Positions 1-7,564 of a stretch of 43,784 nucleotides of DNA are shown here, one piece after another. Each line of letters opens with the position of its first letter. The first letter of the stretch is position 1. The DNA lies in the IMG/VR virus record IMGVR_UViG_3300042946_001496. One strand, 5' to 3'. The notes below the pieces were generated by a model. That model did no database searches and had not been told where the DNA came from. It saw only the letters and a program-made list of their open reading frames with translations. The position numbers were made by a program, and so were the translations under genes. This DNA is from a virus. Its lineage: Duplodnaviria; Heunggongvirae; Uroviricota; Caudoviricetes.

Positions 1-35
1 AAAATGACTGAAGAACAAAAGAAAATTGTCAACAG

Positions 36-342
36 TGTTCTTTAAAAGTGCTTGGATTCTTAGGCAATCGAAAGAAATGAAAAAAATAAACCAAAAACTA
101 CTGGACTCTTTCACTAAACCAGTTTGTAAAAAGTGTAATGAAGAATTATTTGTTTCGAATCCCGCCACTATCCGTAAACTCGCTGCTATGGTCAGCAGTA
201 ATTGGCGCCGGTATCTGGTTCCAATAATGTGTATTAACGAAAAGTGTAGCAATAAGTATAGATCTGTTGAACTAGATCACAACTAATCTAGTTTTTACCA
301 TGTTCTTTAAAAGTGCCTGGATTTTTAGGCAATCGAAAGAAA
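36..342 (+). repeat. 42-bp direct repeat (36-77 and 301-342)
   Basis: TGTTCTTTAAAAGTGC(T/C)TGGATT(C/T)TTAGGCAATCGAAAGAAA, 2 mismatches, bracketing paralog 1. Confidence 0.85.
77..286 (+). CDS. Small Cys-rich (zinc-ribbon-like) protein, 'NKKLLDSF' paralog 1
   Basis: ATG at 77 inside track ORF 26..286; MKKINQKLLDSFTKPVCKKC...CINEKC; N-terminus shared with three neighbours. Confidence 0.7.
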   Translation: MKKINQKLLDSFTKPVCKKCNEELFVSNPATIRKLAAMVSSNWRRYLVPIMCINEKCSNKYRSVELDHN

Positions 343-511
343 AACAAAGTTAAAGTAAAAAGTAACACTAAGGTGGACCTAGCCCCGCCTCTATTCCGCC
401 TATAAAACTACGCAGGTAGCTTTATAGCGGCTTATGACGGGTTTTTAAATTAAATTAATCACATTACACATTGTTTTTAAAACCTACCTTTAAATCTCAA
501 TTTTAGAGCTT

Positions 512-736
512 ATGAACGATTCTAACAAAGATCTCTTAGATAGCTTCGTAAAACCTCTTTATTGTCCATGTTGTTCAACCGTTTCCTGGCTTGACTGTTC
601 ATCTTATAAACTTCATGAATTATTAATATTTAAACCTCCTTATCGTCATTACATCTGTTCTTTATGCACAACAGTGTGGTATTTTCTTGAAATGAAAGAA
701 AATTCTAAACCTTGTAGAGCTGCTACTCCTTTTTAA
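512..736 (+). CDS. Small Cys-rich protein, paralog 2
   Basis: MNDSNKDLLDSFVKPLYCPCC...CSLC. Confidence 0.7.
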   Translation: MNDSNKDLLDSFVKPLYCPCCSTVSWLDCSSYKLHELLIFKPPYRHYICSLCTTVWYFLEMKENSKPCRAATPF

Positions 737-788
737 TGACTGATCCCGGAGCGAAGAACACAAGTAAAGCCTTTTTTTAACATTCTTT

Positions 789-941
789 ATGAACGAATCT
801 AACAAAAAACTCTTAGATAGCTTTAAAAGTCCAGTTTGTGATATCTGTAAAGAACAGCTTGATCAACCTTGGTGGATTGTGGCAAGTTCTTGCTATTACT
901 ATTGCTCTAAGTGTAATCGCTGGACAAAAGGCATTAAATGA
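789..941 (+). CDS. Small Cys-rich protein, paralog 3 (50 aa, below ORF-track cutoff)
   Basis: Read by hand: MNESNKKLLDSFKSPVCDICKEQLDQPWWIVASSCYYYCSKCNRWTKGIK*. Confidence 0.7.
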   Translation: MNESNKKLLDSFKSPVCDICKEQLDQPWWIVASSCYYYCSKCNRWTKGIK

Positions 942-1077
942 ACTGGAGTGGAATATCGTCCAACAGTATTAAAATTGCACGAAGTAGGACTGAATGACCA
1001 CGGACCGTTCTACTATTGTCCTTATTGTCATGTCTATTGGTTTTCTATTTACAATCCATGGATTAAAGAACAACTAA

Positions 1078-1290
1078 ATGAAACCATCTAACAAAAAACT
1101 ACTACACAGCTTTAATACTTACTACTGTCCTAATAGCGAGAAAAATATTCCAATCTTCAACCACCCTCACCCTAAAACAACTTTAATTAAATCCGTATTT
1201 GAAAGTAAATTCGATTACGCTTGGTATGCGGGATATGAATGTCCTTATTGCCGGTGGCAGTTCTTTAAAGAGGAAGTTGAGGACAACTAA
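1078..1290 (+). CDS. Small Cys-rich protein, paralog 4
   Basis: MKPSNKKLLHSFNTYYCP...YECPYC. Confidence 0.65.
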   Translation: MKPSNKKLLHSFNTYYCPNSEKNIPIFNHPHPKTTLIKSVFESKFDYAWYAGYECPYCRWQFFKEEVEDN

Positions 1291-1860
1291 TTTTTTATAG
1301 AAAGAATACAAATTTTGTCTTGAATTTTTAGACGTGCTCATAAAAACCGTACCGAAATTTGTTTTCTTTTCTATAAGAATACAAATTTTTCCAAATTTAT
1401 CAGGAGACAACAGATCGTTCGACATGGAGATTTTTTTGAAGCACAAAATATTTTCTTTCTGTAAAAGATACAAATTCTACTCTTCTCCTGAACCTGCAGC
1501 TCTTCAAAAACAAGTCTGAAAATCTTTCTTTTCTATAAAAAATACAAATTCTGTTCCGTGTAATATTATATTAGGTGGCGTAATATAATTTTTTTGAAGC
1601 ACAAAATATTTTCTTTCTGTAAAAAATACAAATTCTACTCTTCTCCTGAACCTGCAGCTCTTCAAAAAACAAGTCTGAAAATCTTTCTTTTCTATAAAAA
1701 ATACAAATTCTTTTCCCTGACATTAATGTGTGGAACTCGATTTTATTCTCGCTGTCAGACATATTCTTTTCTATAAAAAATACAAATTCTTTTCCGTGAA
1801 ATATTATATTAGGTGGCGTAAAAAATATTTTCTTTCTATAAAAAATACAAATTCTTTTCC
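1291..1860. repeat. AT-rich interspersed repeat array, 8 copies of about 27 bp
   Basis: Consensus TTTTCT(T)TCT(A/G)TAAAAAATACAAATTCT; ATACAAATT core at 1306, 1379, 1468, 1542, 1626, 1701, 1780, 1845; some intervening segments are themselves duplicated. Confidence 0.85.
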
Positions 1861-1962
1861 GTGAAATATTGCCGGAGTGCTCGGACGTGAAATGCTATTC
1901 TTTTCCCAGCATATGATATACTCTGACAAATTCTTACAAAATTCCGTTTGGTGGTACGCTGG

Positions 1963-2090
1963 GGAGGTGAGCGACTACCTTCTTAGTTGGTCCGGTATGA
2001 CGCATGATTCAAGTTGTGCGTTGAAAGTTGGGACAAAAAGCCGATAAGTAAGGGTACACAGGGTTCCCCAAGCCCTACAGATCCCTGAAT
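1963..2090 (+). ncRNA. Candidate structured RNA (ORF-less cassette)
   Basis: Follows promoter 1955; no ORF; stems GTCC(1990)/GGAC(2031), ACGCA(2000)/TGCGT(2017), CAGGG/CCCTG. Confidence 0.35.
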
Positions 2091-2091
2091 T

Positions 2092-2474
2092 GTAAGCTAT
2101 ACAAAACCCAATTTAATTTAAACGAACTAGAGGTCAAAGTCCGGTTTTAAATGTGGTTAATGCTAGTTTCTTCACCACAAGGTCTTTAATACAACAAGGA
2201 AAAGGAATGAAACCTGGAGATAGCATTTTTGAAGACATCATTTCTCTCTTTGTAATTGTTTTCACTCTTTGTCAACCTAGCATAGCAATTTTGTGTGTTA
2301 ACACCTTGTTTGGACTCGATATTCAATATACGCCAGCTAACTACATATCAGCGGCGATTTTAATCTTCATCCCAATTGGAAATAACATGATTTACACCAC
2401 CAAACCATCACGGTTCCCAAATTGAAGCCTTAAGTAAGCTATACAAAACCCAATTTAATTTAAACGAACTAGAG
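2092..2474 (+). repeat. Perfect 41-bp direct repeat (2092-2132 and 2434-2474)
   Basis: GTAAGCTATACAAAACCCAATTTAATTTAAACGAACTAGAG twice, flanking the 2207 ORF. Confidence 0.9.
2207..2425 (+). CDS. Small hydrophobic (probable membrane) protein
   Basis: ATG 2207 preceded by AAGGAAAAGGA; two hydrophobic stretches (IISLFVIVFTLC..., YISAAILIFIPIG). Confidence 0.65.
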   Translation: MKPGDSIFEDIISLFVIVFTLCQPSIAILCVNTLFGLDIQYTPANYISAAILIFIPIGNNMIYTTKPSRFPN

Positions 2475-2483
2475 TGAAACCCG

Positions 2484-2723
2484 ATGAAATATATCATTGT
2501 TGCTGATGAAGGTTTTGAAAAAGCCATTTTGTTTGATGAACTGTTGAGTCACAAAATGGTAGCAGGTTTAACACCTGTGGTTTCTGCTGGGTTTTGTAGT
2601 CTTATTGTTGACAACTTCCAACAATCAACTGTTCAAGTATGGGGAGAAAGTGTTACCCTTAAATTGAAGTCTCGCATCACCGATGCTGCATTAATTCTTG
2701 ATGCGGTAAATTCAAGCCTTTAA
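2484..2723 (+). CDS. Hypothetical protein
   Basis: ORF track; follows second 41-bp direct repeat. Confidence 0.7.
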   Translation: MKYIIVADEGFEKAILFDELLSHKMVAGLTPVVSAGFCSLIVDNFQQSTVQVWGESVTLKLKSRITDAALILDAVNSSL

Positions 2724-2747
2724 CCTTTACAAGCAAAAGCTACAAAC

Positions 2748-2978
2748 ATGACTAAGAAAGAACTGCTTGAGCTTTTGAAGGATGTGCCGGATGATGGTTT
2801 GATTGTTGTTCATGGACATTCTGATGGTGGTGGTTATAATGATTGTTTTGATGTAGAGGAAAAAACTATTGCCCGCACTGTTCCTTCTGGACACGCTTGG
2901 AATTGGAGAGGACAATACGAAGAACCTTGGAAAGATACCAAACCAGAAGATATCATTAAGGCATATGTAATTACTTGA
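2748..2978 (+). CDS. Hypothetical protein (acidic)
   Basis: ORF track, co-oriented and closely spaced. Confidence 0.7.
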   Translation: MTKKELLELLKDVPDDGLIVVHGHSDGGGYNDCFDVEEKTIARTVPSGHAWNWRGQYEEPWKDTKPEDIIKAYVIT

Positions 2979-3112
2979 CTTCCATGCAGAGTGTGGTAGA
3001 CTAAGAAAACAAGGAGACAAACAATGACAATTAACGAATATATGAGTGTCTCTAGACTTAATTAATCTAGCCTATGCTTAAGCGGATTGATTATCCCGCC
3101 GTGCATGACACT

Positions 3113-3156
3113 AAACCCAGGACTAGACTAAAGATTCTAGTCCTGGGTTTTTTTCT
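3113..3156 (+). terminator. Intrinsic terminator
   Basis: AACCCAGGACTAGA-loop-TCTAGTCCTGGGTT followed by T-run. Confidence 0.85.
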
Positions 3157-3318
3157 GCTCTTATCCCTAAACTTAACTTATTAATGCCTGAAAATATATC
3201 TTACCTTGATAATATATTAACAATAATAATATATTGTAAGTCTTTAAGTCTAGCAGTTGGTGGTACGCTAGTAGGGTGTGACGGAATGAGTTCCAACAAA
3301 AACACGAGGGTTAAAAAC

Positions 3319-3621
3319 ATGGCTAAGGCTGCTAAGGTTGATGTTCAGGCTGGTCAGGTGGGTCGTAAGGTCGGTCAGAAGAGTGTGGACGTTGAGACGT
3401 TCATCAAGACGCTTGTCAATGTCCACCGTAAGGGTGGAACGCAGACGATGGTTGCGGAGACGCTTGGCATTACGCCAGCGGCTGTTAGTCTCCGCATCAA
3501 GTATCTTCGAGATGCGGGTGTGAAGGGTCTGCCGGAGTTCGATAATCGTGGTGGTAACACCGCTGGTAAGGTTGTTGAGCGTGCTAAGGCTGCTCTTAAG
3601 GCTATGGGCATCAAGGGTTGA
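3319..3621 (+). CDS. Winged-HTH DNA-binding protein, paralog 1 (most divergent)
   Basis: ATG 3319 after GAGGG; QTMVAETLGITPAAVSLRIKYLRDAG resembles BirA-type/HTH_11 HTH. Confidence 0.8.
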   Translation: MAKAAKVDVQAGQVGRKVGQKSVDVETFIKTLVNVHRKGGTQTMVAETLGITPAAVSLRIKYLRDAGVKGLPEFDNRGGNTAGKVVERAKAALKAMGIKG

Positions 3622-3715
3622 ACTTGAAGCCTAAACTTGCTGGGGGTAGGGTTTAATCGCCCCACCCCCAGCATTTTTTTTAACTTACCACTCCGGTCTG
3701 GTGGTACGCTGTATG

Positions 3716-4035
3716 GGTGTGAGGAAGTAAGCGACTCTGGGCAACATAAGCACCATAAAGTCAGTAGTTCGTCTTTAGTCCTCATAGGTGATGCGTACTC
3801 AATTGTAAGTCTGACGTACGGTTTCCTTTAGCCCTTGGTGGCTACTTTACTCTTCGGAGTAATGAAGTTAATGACTTACTAAAGGGCTAGTGTATTAAGA
3901 ACCTTGTGGTGAAGAAACTAGCATTAACCACATTTAAAACCATCCTTTAAGGTACGCAAATAAATTCAATAAGATAAAATAAAGATACCAGAAACGGATG
4001 AAGGGTGGGTTAGAGTAAAATCTAGCCCACCCTTT
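3716..4035 (+). ncRNA. Candidate structured RNA of about 300 nt containing the 41-nt antisense element
   Basis: Between promoter 3705 and terminator near 4000-4042; no convincing ORF; TGAGGA/TCCTCA, CGTAC/GTACG, TAGCCCTT/AAGGGCTA, TTACTC-TTCG-GAGTAA. Confidence 0.55.
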
Positions 4036-4093
4036 TGTTTTTTCTCTTGAAAAAGAAAAGTTTTAAGCTATAATAAATAAAGCTACGATTAAT

Positions 4094-4167
4094 GCCCCTA
4101 TCGTCTAACGGTTTTAGGATAACAAACTTTCACTTTGTAGATCGGAGTTCGATTCTCCGTAGGGGTA
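4094..4167 (+). tRNA. trnE: tRNA-Glu(TTC)
   Basis: Acceptor GCCCCTA/TAGGGGT, anticodon arm ACAAA-CTTTCAC-TTTGT, T arm CGGAG-TTCGATT-CTCCG; CCA not encoded; TTGAAA-N16-TATAAT at 4047-4074. Confidence 0.92.
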
Positions 4168-4249
4168 TTTTTTAGTTTTAAATCTGAGTTTTTTACACTA
4201 ATTTAAAGCATGAAGACATGTTTTAAATGTGGTGAAACAAAAGATTCCC

Positions 4250-4276
4250 AGCGTACCACCAACCAACAACAGTAAA
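4250..4276 (-). promoter_or_regulatory. Single inverted copy of the cassette promoter
   Basis: AGCGTACCACCAACC at 4250-4264 is the reverse complement of GGTTGGTGGTACGCT. Confidence 0.75.
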
Positions 4277-4395
4277 TAAAAAAAGCCTAATTAAGCAGCA
4301 CAAGTTTTAAAAAGAAACTTACTACTGTCAGTTGGTGGTACGCTGGTGGGGTGTGTGAGACGGACAACAAACAACCCCCCAGTAAGGAGTCAGTT

Positions 4396-4644
4396 ATGGC
4401 TGGTCGTTCTAGTGTCGATATGAAGACTTTCCTTGGTAAGGTCGTTGAGGCTTACCACAATGGTCACAATCAGTCGTGGATTGCGGCTGAGTTGGGTGTG
4501 AGTGCAGCCGCAGTTAGTCTGCGGATCAGCGGACTGCGTAAGAAGGGAGTTAAGCTCCCGGAGTTGGTGAGCGGTAGGGGTTCGGTTAACACCGTTGAGG
4601 ATGCAAATAACATCCTCGCTGATCTCGGTTTTGATGCTGAGTGA
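4396..4644 (+). CDS. Winged-HTH protein, paralog 2
   Basis: ATG 4396 after AAGGAG; NQSWIAAELGVSAAAVSLRISGLRKKG. Confidence 0.88.
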   Translation: MAGRSSVDMKTFLGKVVEAYHNGHNQSWIAAELGVSAAAVSLRISGLRKKGVKLPELVSGRGSVNTVEDANNILADLGFDAE

Positions 4645-4765
4645 GCTTAGCGTTAAGCCAACTGGTAAGGGGGAGGTAACACTCCCCCTTACCTTTTTTT
4701 ATACCTACTATCCTTAACTTAACTAACTAAAACTTATTTAAATTACATTGCTTTGGTGGTACGCT

Positions 4766-4794
4766 GTTAATATATTATCAGCCAATATATTAAC
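4766..4794. promoter_or_regulatory. Palindromic operator-like or mini-hairpin element, copy 1 (others at 5445-5473 and 6119-6147)
   Basis: GTTAATATATT-N7-AATATATTAAC immediately after a promoter and before a second promoter. Confidence 0.6.
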
Positions 4795-4891
4795 AACGCA
4801 AAAATATTAATGCGACTACACGTTTGGTGGTACGCTGGATAACTAGTCCCCATTTTGTCCCCATTTCACCCTTTGTTAAGGAGTGTTAATT

Positions 4892-5341
4892 ATGGATAGC
4901 CGAGATTTTGCTCGTAAGATGGGCGATTGGTACAAAAGCATCGACAAGGTTGCTTTCACCGCCACTGTTAGTTACAATAATTGGGACAATGATGATAACG
5001 AGGTTGAGGAAACCTTTACTGTTCCTTTCAAGTACACGGTTTGCAGTCTTTGCAACGGTGTTGGAACTCACGTTAATCCCAGCGTTGATAGTAACGGTTT
5101 GACTAGTGAAGATTTTGCCGAGGATGATGATTTCAGGGAAAGTTACTTTAGTGGTGCTTACGATATGCCTTGCAATAAGTGTCATGGTAAGGGACTAACA
5201 CCTGAATATGATGAAACTCGTGCTAGTCCTGAGATTAAGAAAAAGATGACATCTTACCTAAAGTATCGTAAAGATGTTGCTGAAGATATGGTTAACGATG
5301 CTTACACTCGTCGTATGGAAAATGGTGGTTATGGTTACTAA
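4892..5341 (+). CDS. Protein with DnaJ-type CxxCxGxG zinc-finger motifs
   Basis: ATG 4892 after AAGGAG; CSLCNGVG and CNKCHGKG. Confidence 0.75.
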   Translation: MDSRDFARKMGDWYKSIDKVAFTATVSYNNWDNDDNEVEETFTVPFKYTVCSLCNGVGTHVNPSVDSNGLTSEDFAEDDDFRESYFSGAYDMPCNKCHGKGLTPEYDETRASPEIKKKMTSYLKYRKDVAEDMVNDAYTRRMENGGYGY

Positions 5342-5521
5342 CCACATTAACTAAAACTAAACAGAAAGGAAGGGCTAACAACCCTTCCTTTTTTTTACAA
5401 TAATATCTTAACTTATTTAAATTACATTGCTTTGGTGGTACGCTGATAATATATTATCAGCAAATATATTAACAAACATGTATTAATTCTTAAGCGTCGG
5501 TTCTGGTGGTACGCTGGAACA

Positions 5522-5642
5522 GTGGGAGTTCAACCCCGTGGTAATCGGTCCTAACAGACCAAGCAATACCACAAACTTGAACTGTGCCTAGATCTTGTTC
5601 CTCCGTGGGACTTTAGGCGAGAAAAAACGGAGGCTAATTTTT
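5522..5642 (+). ncRNA. Candidate structured RNA with 3' H-type pseudoknot
   Basis: AGTTCAA/TTGAACT, GTGGTA/TACCAC, GGTC/GACC; interleaved GCCTAG(5586)/TTAGGC(5613) and CCTCCGT(5600)/ACGGAGG(5627); T-tract follows. Confidence 0.55.
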
Positions 5643-5723
5643 TTTTCTTAACAGTTCGGTTTGGTGGTACGCTGTGGTGGTGTAAGGCAACGAACGATAA
5701 AACCTCCAATAAGGAACGATAAC

Positions 5724-5981
5724 ATGGGTCGCCCATCTGGTAAGAATGCGGTTTCGATGAAGACTTTCCTTGGTAAGGTCGTTGAGGCTTACCACAATGG
5801 TCACAATCAGTCGTGGATTGCGGCTGAGTTGGGGGTGAGTGCAGCCGCAGTTAGTCTGCGGATCAGTTCCCTTCGTAAGAAGGGAGTTAAGCTCCCGGAG
5901 TTGGTGAGCGGTAGGGGTTCGGTTAACACCGTTGAGGATGCGAATAACATCCTCGCTGATCTCGGTTTTGACGCTGAGTGA
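5724..5981 (+). CDS. Winged-HTH protein, paralog 3
   Basis: ATG 5724 after AAGGAA; near-identical to paralog 2 from MKTFLGK onward. Confidence 0.88.
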   Translation: MGRPSGKNAVSMKTFLGKVVEAYHNGHNQSWIAAELGVSAAAVSLRISSLRKKGVKLPELVSGRGSVNTVEDANNILADLGFDAE

Positions 5982-6194
5982 GCTTAGCGTTAAGCCAACT
6001 GGTAAGGGGGAGGTAAAACTCCCCCTTACCTTTTTTTATACCTACTATCCTTAACTTAACTAAAACTTAACTAACTAAACTTAATTTATTTAACTAAAGA
6101 TTGCTTTGGTGGTACGCTGTTAATATATTATCAACCAATATATTAACACCTAAAATATATTATTGAAAATCATTTCTGGTGGTACGCTGGGAAG

Positions 6195-6362
6195 GTGTCG
6201 AGGACCGACGTCATTCATTTCTTTGAGTGCGATCGGCAAGATACAGCGGCTGGTTCGCTGGTATATTAGAAAAAGTCTATTTAATTAAAAGAACGAAGAA
6301 TAGTAGATAAAAGTAGATAAATGGGTAAGGGAGACTATAGGATGCTGTAGTCTCCCTTACTT
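6195..6362 (+). ncRNA. Candidate sRNA family A, copy 1
   Basis: ORF-less cassette; GTGTCGAG..TTGAGTG..CGGCAAGAT..CAGCGG-CTGGT-TCGCTG; long terminator TAAGGGAGACTATAG/CTGTAGTCTCCCTTA. Confidence 0.6.
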
Positions 6363-6443
6363 TTTTACTTAACACCGATCTGGTGGTACGCTGGGGGTGT
6401 GTAAGGCAACGAACAGTAAACCCCAAAATCAAGGAACATTAAC

Positions 6444-6692
6444 ATGGCTGGTCGCTCTAGTGTCGATATGAAGACTTTCCTCAGCAAGGTTGTTGAGGCT
6501 TACCACAACGGTCACAATCAATCGTGGATTGCGGCTGAGTTGGGTGTCTCCCCTGCCGCTGTTAGCCTGCGGCTTAGTGGACTGCGTAAGAAGGGTGTTA
6601 GGGTGCCGGAGTTGGTGAGCGGTAGGGGTGGAAGTAACACCGTTGAGGATGCGAATAACATCCTCGCTGATCTTGGTTTTGACGCTGAGTGA
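6444..6692 (+). CDS. Winged-HTH protein, paralog 4
   Basis: NQSWIAAELGVSPAAVSLRLSGLRKKG; AAGGAA upstream. Confidence 0.88.
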   Translation: MAGRSSVDMKTFLSKVVEAYHNGHNQSWIAAELGVSPAAVSLRLSGLRKKGVRVPELVSGRGGSNTVEDANNILADLGFDAE

Positions 6693-6901
6693 GCTTAGCG
6701 TTAAGCCAACTGGTAAGGGGGAGGTAACACTCCCCCTTACCTTTTTTTTTAACATACTAACAATTAAAATAAACATAAAATCGTACCTTGGTAGTACGCT
6801 GGACTGAAAAATAACTAACACCTATTAATTTATTAATAAAGTCCAGTTCTGGTGGTACGCTATGGGGGTGTTCTTTAATTTAGCCTCACTGGAGCCTAGT
6901 C

Positions 6902-7099
6902 ATGGCGAAGAAAGTAAGCTTGGCTGAAATGAATCGGATCATCCACGAGCGGGGATTCTTGAAGCCTGAAGAGCGGCTTTTCACAAAGCCTTGTTGTCAT
7001 TGTGGAAACTACGTGAGAGAGCGGGAGGCTCTTTGTCCAACGTGTGTCAAAGAGATCGAAAACGATCAATTCGATGATGAATTGCAAATTCAAGATTGA
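6902..7099 (+). CDS. Small zinc-ribbon protein
   Basis: CCHC...CPTC; GGAG upstream; own promoter and terminator. Confidence 0.75.
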   Translation: MAKKVSLAEMNRIIHERGFLKPEERLFTKPCCHCGNYVREREALCPTCVKEIENDQFDDELQIQD

Positions 7100-7168
7100 A
7101 CTAAGGGGGGAAGTTACTAACCCCCTTAACTTTTTTACTTAACAGCGTTTTGGTGGTACGCTGGTAGG

Positions 7169-7316
7169 GTGTCGAGCAGCAACATCTCACTTTGAGTGGG
7201 GCGGCAAGATCCAGCGGCTGGTTCGCTGGTTATATATAAGGAAAAAATTAAGTAAAAAGTAAATAGTAGATAAATGGGTAAGGGAGACTATAGGACGCTG
7301 TAGTCTCCCTTACTTT
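7169..7316 (+). ncRNA. Candidate sRNA family A, copy 2
   Basis: Same ordered motifs and same long terminator as copy 1. Confidence 0.6.
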
Positions 7317-7354
7317 TTTACTTAACACCTGTTCTGGTGGTACGCTGTGGAGCT

Positions 7355-7491
7355 GTCAACAGTAGTCGTCGCCACTGCCTGAGTTGGAATCGCTAACCAA
7401 ACGTAAGCAGCGTGGACGGCTTCCACATTACACACATTAGCGACCGTAGTGTGCGACTATAGAGCCGGATCGTAAATGGCTCGCTGTTGAC
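7355..7491 (+). ncRNA. Candidate multi-stem RNA with kissing-loop pseudoknot
   Basis: Ends pair (GTCAACAG/CTGTTGAC); TAGTCG/CGACTA; CTGC/GCAG; TTGG/CCAA; CACAC/GTGTG; GAGCC/GGCTC; loop TCGCTAA complementary to loop TTAGCGA. Confidence 0.65.
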
Positions 7492-7564
7492 TTTTTAACT
7501 AACAACAGTTTGGTGGTACGCTAGGAAGGTGTTCGATAGGCTTCTACCTTTCAAGGAGTTAAAC

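Larger units (their letters stand above)
2143..3941. repeat. Perfect 41-bp inverted repeat (2143-2183 and 3901-3941)
   Basis: GGTTTTAAATGTGGTTAATGCTAGTTTCTTCACCACAAGGT versus its exact reverse complement; extends about 10 bp further with 2 mismatches. Confidence 0.92.

Noticed and set aside
789-1090. TGA read-through or alternative genetic code (open frame continues after TGA 939-941)
   Set aside because: TGA and TAG end well-defined genes elsewhere (HTH paralogs, fcl) and the upstream 50 aa is already a complete paralog; more likely a gene remnant
1291-1860. CRISPR array
   Set aside because: Repeats are degenerate and non-palindromic, intervening segments vary in length and are duplicated, and no cas gene is visible; ORFs 1183, 1334, 1571 and 1594 are repeat by-products
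1990-2034. Hammerhead ribozyme (..ATGA-stem-GAAA)
   Set aside because: The core reads GGTATGA rather than CTGANGA and extra bases precede GAAA
5516-5633. HDV-like ribozyme
   Set aside because: Only about 5 nt separate the would-be P2 and P1 3' strands, leaving no room for P3/L3; GGAACA probably lies upstream of the transcription start
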